From assembly GCA_964573615.1 (NCBI GenBank), contig CAZNKD010000052.1, positions 6,220-70,219 of the forward strand: 64,000 bases of DNA, given 5' to 3'. Under the pieces are notes generated by a model. That model saw nothing but the letters and a program-made list of their open reading frames with translations, was not told where the DNA came from and did no database searches. The position numbers and the translations under genes were made by a program. This document shows positions 18,685 through 26,631 of this stretch, piece by piece. Positions within the stretch are counted from its first letter, which is position 1. Every line of letters starts with the position of its first letter. Source of the stretch: an uncultured Desulfobacterales bacterium (GTDB lineage: Bacteria > Desulfobacterota > Dissulfuribacteria > Dissulfuribacterales > QOAL01).

Positions 18685-20094
18685 GATCTGATAGTCCTTT
18701 ATCTTGTAGAGCAGGGCGGGCAGACTTATCTCGAGCAGCTGGGCGGCCTTGGTCTTGTTTCCCTTGGTCTTTGTAAGTGCCCGTTTTATGAGTCTTTCTT
18801 CAAGGATCCTGGCGTTTTTCTTGATGGAAAGGGACATCTCTCCAAGGCCGTGGCTTGCAGGCACGGTATCGTCCCCATCATCCATCACACGCAGGGCAGG
18901 AGGCAGGTCCTCCACCTGGATGCGGTCACTGTCGGTCAGGACCATGGCACGCTCTATCACGTTTTCGAGCTCCCGCACGTTTCCGGGCCATTTGTAGTTG
19001 AGGATGAGCTGCATGGCCTCTGGGCTCACTCCCTCTATCTTCTTTGGGGCCATCTGCCTGTTATATTTGTCGATGAAGTGGTCCACCAGGAGGCGGATGT
19101 CCTCGAGCCTCTCCCGAAGTGGCGGAATCACTATGGTGAGCACGTTTATGCGGTAGAACAGATCCTCCCGGAACTGCCCCTTCTTCACCAGCTCGCCCAG
19201 ATCCTTGGCAGTGGCTGCCACCACGCGGACATCCACCTTGATGGTCCTGTTGTCGCCCACTGGCCTGATCTCATGCTCCTGGAGCACTCTGAGCAGCTTG
19301 ACCTGCAACTGCATGGGCAGGTCTCCGAGCTCGTCCAGGAAGATGGTTCCGCCGTCAGCCTCCTCAAAGAGGCCCTTCTTCGACCTGACCGCATCGGTAA
19401 AGGCACCCTTTACATGGCCGAAGAACTCGCTTTCAAGCAGGTTTTCAGGGATGCCGCCGCAGTTGACAGCGACAAAGGGCTTGTCCTTGCGTATGCTGTT
19501 GAAGTGGAGCGCCTTGGCCACGAGCTCCTTTCCGGTACCGCTCTCACCGGTGATGAGCACCGTGGTCTTGTAGTCCTTGACCTTGTCTATCACCTCGAAG
19601 ATGCGCTCCATGGCAGGGCTCCTGGCCACGATGCTCGAAAAGGAGAAGCGCTCCTCCACGCTCTTTTTGAGGGCACGATTCTGGGCAACGAGCTCCCTGT
19701 ACTGCTCCACCCGGCGCATGACGAACTCCAGATGGCGCCTCGTGATGGGCTTGGGCAGATATTCGGCAGCCCCGAGCATCAAGGTCTCGAGGGCCTGCTC
19801 CACATCCGCCTTTCCGGAGATCACGATCACACTGGACTTGACCCCGCCCCTTTTGAGCTCCTTCAGAAAATCCACGGCAGTGGGCCCTGAATATTCGAAT
19901 TCAGGCCCTTCCTGGGGCTCCATGTAGTAGTCACACAGGATGTAGTCGAACACCCTCTTCTGGGCCAGGGTGAGCCCTTCCGAGAAGTTTCGGGCCTGAC
20001 TCACCTCGTAGTTTCCAATATGGTCAAGGATCTTGGAGAGGATGGAGCGGATCTCCTGCTCGTCATCAACGATCAATACTCTTTTGGCAGCCAT
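18676..20094 (-). CDS. sigma-54-dependent response regulator (NtrC family enhancer-binding protein)
   Basis: Receiver (VLIVDDEQEIR...), AAA+ (GESGTGKELVAKALH, GAFTDA variant of GAFTGA, ESEFFGH), and a C-terminal Fis-type HTH (KTKAAQLLEISLPALLYKIK). Confidence 0.9.
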   Translation of the reverse strand: MAAKRVLIVDDEQEIRSILSKILDHIGNYEVSQARNFSEGLTLAQKRVFDYILCDYYMEPQEGPEFEYSGPTAVDFLKELKRGGVKSSVIVISGKADVEQALETLMLGAAEYLPKPITRRHLEFVMRRVEQYRELVAQNRALKKSVEERFSFSSIVARSPAMERIFEVIDKVKDYKTTVLITGESGTGKELVAKALHFNSIRKDKPFVAVNCGGIPENLLESEFFGHVKGAFTDAVRSKKGLFEEADGGTIFLDELGDLPMQLQVKLLRVLQEHEIRPVGDNRTIKVDVRVVAATAKDLGELVKKGQFREDLFYRINVLTIVIPPLRERLEDIRLLVDHFIDKYNRQMAPKKIEGVSPEAMQLILNYKWPGNVRELENVIERAMVLTDSDRIQVEDLPPALRVMDDGDDTVPASHGLGEMSLSIKKNARILEERLIKRALTKTKGNKTKAAQLLEISLPALLYKIKDYQISV

Positions 20095-20258
20095 GCAAAA
20101 AATATATCATAAAAATATTTTGGTTTCAGCAAAAAAATTCCCATTCATGAAGATGTTGGTGATGTAACTGGAGATTGCAGGACAAGAGGGACAAAATATG
20201 CCCATAACGCCTAAATCCCAAGAAAACTGCAAGAATGCTCATCCTTGGTCTGGAGGGA

Positions 20259-21083
20259 TCAAACGCCCGGGGACGAGAGTATGGAGAGGTACCAGTTCAG
20301 GATCTGATCGCCTGCAAAGAGGTCTACCAGGGCCCCCAGGGCCAGAAATGGGCCGAAGGGTATCTGATAATAGCGTCCGCCCTTGGCCACAGCCATCATA
20401 ACAAGGCCGATGATCGAACCCGTCATGGCGCTTATGAAGATCACCAGGGGCAGACTCTGCCAGCCGAGAAAGGCCCCTATCATGGCAAGGAGCTTGATGT
20501 CTCCCCCTCCCATTCCGATCTTCTTTGTCAGGAGATAGTAGCCCCAGGTGATGAGATAGAGGATCCCCCCTCCCAAGACTATCCCTATCAGGGAATCCAG
20601 TGGGCTCGGCCTTGGGACAATGAAGGAGACGGCAAAGCCCATCAGTATGCCCGGAAGGGAGATGGAATCGGGAATGATCCTGTGGTCCAGGTCGATGAAG
20701 GTTATGGCTATAAGGGCTGCCGTAAAGAGCAGATAGACCAGGTAGTTTATGGTCAGTCCGAACTTATAGATGAGCAGTACGGACAGGAGCCCTGTGAGCA
20801 GCTCCACCAGGGGATAGCGAACGGATATGGATGCACTGCAGGATGAGCACCTGGCCCTCAGCAATATCCAGCTGACGATGGGGATATTCTCCCACCACCT
20901 GATGGAGTGGCCACATTTCGGACAGGAGGAGCCTGGGTGCACGATCGAGCGCCCTGCAGGAAGCCTGTATATACAGACATTCAGAAAGCTGCCTATGCAG
21001 GCCCCAAGGACAAAGGCCGCAATATACAAGGGCACGAACCCTGACATCTCCTGCACTGGACCTGGGTGGGTGAACGGCTCCAT
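20259..21083 (-). CDS. pilD: prepilin peptidase / N-methyltransferase (A24 family)
   Basis: GSFLNVCIYRLP, a Cys cluster CPKCGHSI...CSSCSASI, and multiple TM segments with GGGDIKLLA. Confidence 0.9.
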   Translation of the reverse strand: MEPFTHPGPVQEMSGFVPLYIAAFVLGACIGSFLNVCIYRLPAGRSIVHPGSSCPKCGHSIRWWENIPIVSWILLRARCSSCSASISVRYPLVELLTGLLSVLLIYKFGLTINYLVYLLFTAALIAITFIDLDHRIIPDSISLPGILMGFAVSFIVPRPSPLDSLIGIVLGGGILYLITWGYYLLTKKIGMGGGDIKLLAMIGAFLGWQSLPLVIFISAMTGSIIGLVMMAVAKGGRYYQIPFGPFLALGALVDLFAGDQILNWYLSILSSPGV

Positions 21084-21138
21084 TTGAATGCCTTACAGCA
21101 AAAGAGGCAGGCAGGGAGACTCTTCTACTCCCAGCTGC

Positions 21139-21579
21139 CTATCCCTCCTTGTCTGTGCCACGGGTTTTCCCAACAGGCACTGGCTCCGGCTCCGGCATCA
21201 CCTGGAGTTTGAGCAGCCCCTTGGTAACCAGCTCCAGATATCTGGCCCTCACCTTTTCCAGCTCTGGCAGGAGCCTTACGAACTGGGTATAGAGCTCGTA
21301 ATAGTCTGACTGCTCCGGATCGAAACGCACCTGTACGAACTGCATACCGACCCCTTCCCTGGCACGGCCGGTATGATGGATATAGCCCTTGAGGGCGATG
21401 GCACCTACCACAGGCAGATCGAGCAATATATCCTCGAGAAACCCCTCGGATATGGCCTCCGGTGCCTCCACGAAACAGCCATCGAGGGATATGTCCCTGG
21501 TTTGACCCCACATGTCGTGTTCAGGGAAATATACTGGGATACGCACGGCATAACGCGGCGCCTTTCTCCGTTCGATCAT
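21139..21579 (-). CDS. PilZ domain protein
   Basis: N-terminal RRKAPRYAVRIPV...GQTRDISLDGCFVE matches the RxxxR / D.S.GG c-di-GMP-binding PilZ signature. Confidence 0.75.
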   Translation of the reverse strand: MIERRKAPRYAVRIPVYFPEHDMWGQTRDISLDGCFVEAPEAISEGFLEDILLDLPVVGAIALKGYIHHTGRAREGVGMQFVQVRFDPEQSDYYELYTQFVRLLPELEKVRARYLELVTKGLLKLQVMPEPEPVPVGKTRGTDKEG

Positions 21580-21676
21580 CTAAAGCTCCTTTATCCGGCA
21601 CTTAAGCGTCTCATTATAAAAACTCTATCGGAAGGATGCCCCCCCTTCCTGAAATGCCTACAAAAACCGTTCCTGC

Positions 21677-22837
21677 TCACCTGGAGCCGAAGTGCGATGT
21701 CTTAACCGCAAGAGAGCTGTTGCCATAGAAGCGGAAGTGTACCGGTTTGACCATCCTTTTCCTCACAAACAGATCCTGTGGCGGGATGAGGAAGGGAATC
21801 TTTCTGAGATGCTCCACCCGGAGCCTGCTGCCTGCGGAAAAGGTGGCCAAAAACTCTCCGTCACTCTGGGCCTCGGCGCTCTCTTCGAGGAAAATCTCTG
21901 CCCCTCCTGTCTCATAGCGCCTGATGAGCCCCCTGCTCCGCCTTGCAATCATGCCCACAAGCACACAAAAGAAGAAGCCGAGGGCACTTCTGTAATTGTA
22001 GAGATCGAGCAGTCCATCGGAAAAATCCCCCCTGCCGGGCAGGAGACTCCCGCCAGAGTATGAGCAGATATTGGAAAACAGGAGCTGGGCCGAATTGATC
22101 CGAAGCCGACCCTGCCCCACCCCATCTGCCTGGTCAAACGACAGCTGTCCCCTGACCCTCCTGGCAAGAAATAGCCCTCTAAGGCCATGGAGTACGAAGG
22201 CGAGCCTGGTCCTGAATCTGCTCCCACCGGAGCTGACACCGCAGGCTCCACAACCTGCCCCATCCGATCCACCCGGCCCCCGGACATGGCCTTGCCCCAA
22301 GGGGCTGCTCCCCAATGGGGCCACCTTACCCTCTCTTCTGCCCTTTCGTCTTCCTGCCTCAACGCCACGGCAGATGGCCCCATCGAGCCCGAGACCAAAA
22401 TAGCAGATGAAGGGGTGTGCCTCGATCACCTGTCCCCTTTCATCCAGCAGCAGCACCTGCCATGTATCCAGGGCTTCGGCTCTCACCTTTTCCAGGGCAG
22501 CAAAAAAGATCTCCAGGCCTCCCGCATTCCATACATCCAGCCAGCCCGTGCTTCGAGCCAGATCGTTTCCGGTACCAAGGGGTATTATTGCAGCAGGCGG
22601 TGGCTGATCCATGCCGGCGAGCAGGCTCAGGACCGCATGGATGGTCCCGTCCCCCCCAGCCACAACGAGCAGATCCTTGCCCTTTGCCATGGAGTGGACC
22701 TGGGCCTCAAGCCTGTCGGGATCGGTGTATATTGCGGATATCCTCATCCCTGGGCTGCTCCAGTGCTGGAGGTGCTCCAGGAGCTCCAAGCCCTCACCGG
22801 AGCCAGAGACAGGATTTACCAGGAAAAGGCAGTCCAT
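21677..22837 (-). CDS. diacylglycerol/lipid kinase family protein (DAGK catalytic domain, YegS/BmrU-like) with a Gly/Ser/Arg-rich insertion
   Basis: LFLVNPVSGSGEG, VVAGGDGTIHAV and IPLGTGNDLARS motifs. Residues ~162-207 are low-complexity. Confidence 0.8.
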   Translation of the reverse strand: MDCLFLVNPVSGSGEGLELLEHLQHWSSPGMRISAIYTDPDRLEAQVHSMAKGKDLLVVAGGDGTIHAVLSLLAGMDQPPPAAIIPLGTGNDLARSTGWLDVWNAGGLEIFFAALEKVRAEALDTWQVLLLDERGQVIEAHPFICYFGLGLDGAICRGVEAGRRKGRREGKVAPLGSSPLGQGHVRGPGGSDGAGCGACGVSSGGSRFRTRLAFVLHGLRGLFLARRVRGQLSFDQADGVGQGRLRINSAQLLFSNICSYSGGSLLPGRGDFSDGLLDLYNYRSALGFFFCVLVGMIARRSRGLIRRYETGGAEIFLEESAEAQSDGEFLATFSAGSRLRVEHLRKIPFLIPPQDLFVRKRMVKPVHFRFYGNSSLAVKTSHFGSR

Positions 22838-22917
22838 AGCGGTTGATAGGATAAGCCATGGGAACTAATTTATAAACACCAAAAGCACTGGAATAATATC
22901 AAGGACCCCAAGATCAC

Positions 22918-24327
22918 ATGGAAAATAGCGGAAAATCCGATTTCAGGATACTCGTGGTGGACGATGAGCGCCCCCTTGTGCTCCTGCTGACCAGGATCCT
23001 CAAGAAAGAGGGCTATGATGTCCGGGGCGTCTATTCCGGGCCGGAGGCCCTGGCCGTCCTGAAGGACTTCTCCCCGAATCTCATCATCAGCGACCTCAAG
23101 ATGCCGGAGATGACCGGTATTGAGCTGCTCCAGGAGGTGAAGTCCATCCATCCTGAAACGGACTTCATCATATTGACCGCCTACGGCTCTGTGGAAAATG
23201 CAGTTGAAGCCATGAAGAGCGGGGCCCTGGACTATCTGATCAAACCCCTTAAGGATCCGGAAGAGCTGCGGCTTGCGGTACAGAAGGTGGTTGAGCGCCA
23301 GAAGCTGATGGCAGCCAACACCCTGTGGCAGAAACAGCTCACAGACGGGCTTCCGCCCACGAACATAATATTCGCAGGTATGGAGGAGGTGTGGCGCCAG
23401 ATCCAACAGGTGGCCGACACGGAGGCCACGGTACTGCTCCAGGGCGAAAGCGGCACCGGAAAGAGCCTTATTGCCAAGGTGATCCATCAGCTAAGCGGCA
23501 AGAAGGGGGCATTCGTTGAGCTGAACTGTGCCGCCATGCCGGAAAATCTCATAGAAAGTGAACTATTCGGCCACGAAAAGGGGGCCTTTACAGGTGCAGT
23601 GAAAACCAAACAGGGCAAGTTCGAGCTGGCACAGGATGGGACCATCTTCCTGGACGAGATCGGAGAGATGCCCCTTGCCTCCCAGGCCAAGCTGCTGAGG
23701 GTGCTCCAGGAGCGCGCCTTCGAACGTGTTGGTGGCACCAGCACCATCACCACCAATGCCAGGATCGTTGCGGCCACCAATCAGGACCTGCTCATGAAGA
23801 TAAAGGAGCGGCAGTTCAGGGAGGATCTCTTCTACAGGCTGAGCGTCTTCCCCATCTATCTTCCGCCCCTGCGCAGGAGAAAGGGGGCCGTCGAGGAGAT
23901 CGCCAGCTATCTGGTCAAGTCCATAAGCGCAAAGACCGGCAAGCATATATCAGAGATCTCCCCCGAGGCCCTTGAGAAGATAAGGGCATACAAGTGGCCA
24001 GGAAACATCAGGGAGCTCTATAACGCCATAGAACGGGCGATCATCCTGTCGGACAGCTCCGAAAATGTACTCTCCATAGAGAAGCTCGCCTTTATGGATA
24101 CCCCCATGGTACAGGCAGGGGCGGCTTCCGAGGTTGCAGGTGATGCTGCAGGCACAGGGGAGCCTGGAGGCTCAGGGCTGAAGAGGCTTGAAGACATAGA
24201 GCGGGAGGCAATAGCGCGCACCTTGAAGGAGACCAAGGGCCACAGGAAAAAAGCTGCTGATATCCTTGGAATTTCCCTCAGGACACTGCAATACAAACTG
24301 AAAAAATATGCATTGAGCGGGAAATGA
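22918..24327 (+). CDS. sigma-54-dependent response regulator (NtrC family enhancer-binding protein)
   Basis: Receiver (ILVVDDERPL...ISDLKMPEMTG), AAA+ (GESGTGKSLIAKVIH, EKGAFTGA), and HTH (KKAADILGISLRTLQYKLKKY). No adjacent histidine kinase. Confidence 0.9.
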   Translation: MENSGKSDFRILVVDDERPLVLLLTRILKKEGYDVRGVYSGPEALAVLKDFSPNLIISDLKMPEMTGIELLQEVKSIHPETDFIILTAYGSVENAVEAMKSGALDYLIKPLKDPEELRLAVQKVVERQKLMAANTLWQKQLTDGLPPTNIIFAGMEEVWRQIQQVADTEATVLLQGESGTGKSLIAKVIHQLSGKKGAFVELNCAAMPENLIESELFGHEKGAFTGAVKTKQGKFELAQDGTIFLDEIGEMPLASQAKLLRVLQERAFERVGGTSTITTNARIVAATNQDLLMKIKERQFREDLFYRLSVFPIYLPPLRRRKGAVEEIASYLVKSISAKTGKHISEISPEALEKIRAYKWPGNIRELYNAIERAIILSDSSENVLSIEKLAFMDTPMVQAGAASEVAGDAAGTGEPGGSGLKRLEDIEREAIARTLKETKGHRKKAADILGISLRTLQYKLKKYALSGK

Positions 24328-24347
24328 TCACCGGGGCAACAAGAGGT

Positions 24348-24363
24348 TGGCACAACTCGTGCA
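24348..24363 (+). promoter_or_regulatory. sigma-54 -24/-12 promoter match P1 (TGGCACAACTCGTGCA)
   Basis: Exact GG-N10-GC spacing, TGGCAC at -24, GTGCA at -12, 21 nt after the EBP stop codon. Confidence 0.5.
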
Positions 24364-24415
24364 GATAAACAAGACAAGTTCGATGAGATAAAGAGATAAA
24401 AGAAAAAATCGAACA

Positions 24416-24431
24416 TGGCACACAAAATGCA
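24416..24431 (+). promoter_or_regulatory. sigma-54 -24/-12 promoter match P2 (TGGCACACAAAATGCA)
   Basis: Exact GG-N10-GC spacing, 68 bp downstream of P1. Flanks resemble those of P1 (TGCAGATAAAC versus TGCAGTAAAC). Confidence 0.5.
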
Positions 24432-24487
24432 GTAAACTAAAACGAACACAGCAAAAACTCCCTATCCCTCCCAACCCTCCTCTCCCC

Positions 24488-24523
24488 GAAGGCCTTCTAA
24501 CCCAAAGAAGGCCTTCTTTTTTT
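24488..24523 (+). terminator. Rho-independent terminator
   Basis: GAAGGCCTTC, 9-nt loop, GAAGGCCTTC (10-bp perfect stem), followed by TTTTTTT. Confidence 0.7.
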
Positions 24524-24802
24524 GTCTTTTTTCTAAAAGATTGCCTTTTTGGACAAAAACCGTCCCTTTCGCCCCGACACAGAAACAGGCCCATACCCCC
24601 TTGTCATCCCTGTAAAGAGGCCTCGCAAAGGGCCATCTGCCATTTCGGAAAGGCCATCCAAGGCCTATGATGGGGCCTTTGATGGGTATGGATGGGTCTC
24701 CTGCCCCGACAAGAGGCATGAGCTCGTCAATATTGTCTGGAATTGTCCGGACAAAGGACACTCTTGGAACACTCTTGGGAGAGTCTTGGCACAACGGGAA
24801 AA

Positions 24803-24859
24803 ATGCAAATTTTGCATCTGACCAAAGTGCAAATTTTGCACAAAGTGCAAATTTTGCAC
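24803..24859. promoter_or_regulatory. three perfect 15-bp palindromes (putative enhancer/UAS for an NtrC-type activator)
   Basis: ATGCAAATTTTGCAT at 24803-24817, and GTGCAAATTTTGCAC at 24827-24841 and 24845-24859. The last two lie within an 18-bp tandem repeat CAAAGTGCAAATTTTGCA. Confidence 0.55.
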
Positions 24860-25112
24860 CCTCAAAAAGGCAAAGGGCCCTAAGCGGTGTCCCCTTCCGG
24901 GGCCCCTGGAGATATTGGCCAGGGAAAACAAAGGGTCAGCATCAGGGGGTCTAAAAAGGGCAAAGGGCCCAAACCTTGACATGAAAAGGGGCCATACCTA
25001 TGAAAAATAGCTGAAAAGGGCGCCCAAACCGTTGCCAAATGGATAGGGCCGTCCGGGAGAAATGGTCCAATGCCTTTAAAATAGAGGCCTTCGCCCCTCT
25101 TTCACCCCAATG

Positions 25113-25128
25113 AGGCATGGATCCTGCT
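25113..25128 (+). promoter_or_regulatory. sigma-54 -24/-12 promoter match P3 (AGGCATGGATCCTGCT)
   Basis: GG-N10-GC spacing is correct. It lies about 89 nt upstream of the ATG at 25216 and about 255-310 bp downstream of the palindromes. Confidence 0.55.
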
Positions 25129-25215
25129 AAATAAGCTTAAAGCTGAATGATAGATGTCCAAGACAGACGGCAGCTTTTACGATCCAGCAGAAACCAAGGA
25201 GTATGCTAGGAAAAT

Positions 25216-25716
25216 ATGGTTACTACCAACGTCCGCGTTCATGAAGCATCCCCTCTAACTATCCTGACACATCTGCTCATCCTCACAGCATTGGTTTTGG
25301 CCTTTATATTGACAACGGTTAGGGCCGGTTTTGCAGGCGGCCTGGTGCCTGGCTATGACGAAAACACAGAGGTGATCATAAAGGGGAAGGTCCTGGAGCC
25401 CAAGGCCTTTTCCTTCAGGGGCCTCGATTGCCTGAGCCTGGAGTCCAGGGGAAGGACCATATTTGTCATCACTGCCCCGGACTGGTATCTGAAACGGCTA
25501 AATCTGACCCTCTCTCCGGGCACCCCGTTGCAGGTCGTTGGCTCCAAGTTCTACGGAAACGACGGGGCCATCTATATCATGGCAAGGTCCCTGAAGACCC
25601 TGCCATCCGGCCGCTCCATCCAGTTCAGGGACACCCAGTGCAGGCCGGTCTGGGCCAAGGAAAAGAACAGAAAATCATCCTGCATGAAGATCTTCTACTC
25701 ACCAAACAGCCTGTAA
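25216..25716 (+). CDS. hypothetical N-terminally membrane-anchored/secreted small protein (beta-rich, OB-fold-like)
   Basis: 166 aa. Hydrophobic segment LTILTHLLILTALVLAFILTTV, then EVIIKGKVLEP...GRTIFVITAPDWYLKRLNLTLSPGTPLQVVGSKFYGNDGAIYIMARSL. I recognise no family with certainty. An AAGGAG sequence lies 14 nt upstream. Confidence 0.6.
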   Translation: MVTTNVRVHEASPLTILTHLLILTALVLAFILTTVRAGFAGGLVPGYDENTEVIIKGKVLEPKAFSFRGLDCLSLESRGRTIFVITAPDWYLKRLNLTLSPGTPLQVVGSKFYGNDGAIYIMARSLKTLPSGRSIQFRDTQCRPVWAKEKNRKSSCMKIFYSPNSL

Positions 25717-25759
25717 GGCACTACTCTTTCCCATCCCACCCCCTCAAGATCACTGAAAA

Positions 25760-26350
25760 ATGGATGAGGCACAGGAGCTCAGGCGCCAGATCCTCCTGAA
25801 ACGAGACAGCCTGGGCCCTGAGCTGCGCAGCGACCTGAGCAGCAAGGCCTGCACTCGCCTTGTCTCAACAGACTTTTTCAAACAGGCAGGCACCATCCTT
25901 CTATACATCTCCTTCCGCAGTGAAGTGGAGACCTTGGATCTCGTGGATGAGGCCATATCCACGGGAAAGCGGATCTTTGCCCCTGTGACACTGATTGGGG
26001 AGCGCCGCCTGGAGATCTATCAACTGACCTCCAGGACAGAACTTGTTCCAGGGGCCTATGGCATAGCCGAGCCCGATAGGGACAGGTGCCCCAAGGGCGA
26101 TCCTGCAAGCCTTGACCTAGTCATCGTGCCCGGCAGCGTATTCTCCCTCTCCTGCGGACGGTACGGCTATGGTGGAGGTTTCTATGACCGCTTCTTGTCG
26201 ACCCAGGCCCCACAGGCGGTGAGGGCCGGGCTCGCCTTCGATTTTCAGGTCTTGGACTCCATTCCCCTTGCCCCTCATGATGAATTGATGGATTATATCG
26301 TCACAGACAGACGGACGATAACCTGTAGCCGCAAGGAGAGGAAGAGATGA
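25760..26350 (+). CDS. 5-formyltetrahydrofolate cyclo-ligase
   Basis: 196 aa. C-terminal motif VPGSVFSLSCGRYGYGGGFYDRFL is typical of MTHFS/YgfA. Confidence 0.85.
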   Translation: MDEAQELRRQILLKRDSLGPELRSDLSSKACTRLVSTDFFKQAGTILLYISFRSEVETLDLVDEAISTGKRIFAPVTLIGERRLEIYQLTSRTELVPGAYGIAEPDRDRCPKGDPASLDLVIVPGSVFSLSCGRYGYGGGFYDRFLSTQAPQAVRAGLAFDFQVLDSIPLAPHDELMDYIVTDRRTITCSRKERKR

Positions 26351-26622
26351 AAAAGGGGATGAAGTTCGAGACAGCCCTCAAGGAGCTTGAAAGGATAGTG
26401 GAGAGCCTGGAGAACCAGGAGATGCCCCTTGAAAAGGCCCTGAGCGCCTTTGAACAGGGGGTGAAACTATCCAGGTACTGTGCCAAGCTCCTTGACGAGG
26501 CCGAGGTGAAGATCAAAGAGCTCACAAAAGATGAAAAGGGGCAGGCCTCTATTCGCACGTGGGAACAAGAAAGCACCCAAGAAAGTGGCAAGGAGGGAGC
26601 CGACCAGGAGAAACAGCCGTAG
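26347..26622 (+). CDS. xseB: exodeoxyribonuclease VII small subunit
   Basis: FETALKELERIVESLENQEMPLEKALSAFEQGVKLSRYCAKLLDEAE is the canonical XseB helix pattern. Start overlaps the previous stop (ATGA). Confidence 0.9.
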   Translation: MKKGMKFETALKELERIVESLENQEMPLEKALSAFEQGVKLSRYCAKLLDEAEVKIKELTKDEKGQASIRTWEQESTQESGKEGADQEKQP

Positions 26623-26631
26623 AGGATGGGC

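Larger units (their letters stand above)
24374..24523 (+). ncRNA. candidate sigma-54-dependent small RNA (about 150 nt from P1, about 80 nt from P2)
   Basis: Two sigma-54 promoter matches, no RBS-preceded ORF, a C/U-rich single-stranded segment at 24458-24487 with repeated CCUCC cores, then a strong intrinsic terminator. Ends are inferred, not measured. Confidence 0.35.

Noticed and set aside
24787-24808. A further TTGGCACAAC motif that resembles the sigma-54 -24 element.
   Set aside because: The nearest downstream TGCA is 5 nt too far (GG-N15-GC), so it fails the strict -24/-12 spacing. The same applies to the TGGCAC at 46686-46702 upstream of der.
24549-24982. ORFs 24549-24821 (+), 24667-24954 (+), 24665-24982 (-) and 24462-24794 (-) inside the large intergenic island.
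   Set aside because: They have non-ATG or RBS-less starts and overlap one another in several frames. Their repeats (SANFA, CPDK) simply mirror the DNA palindromes and tandem repeats. A regulatory DNA interpretation fits better.
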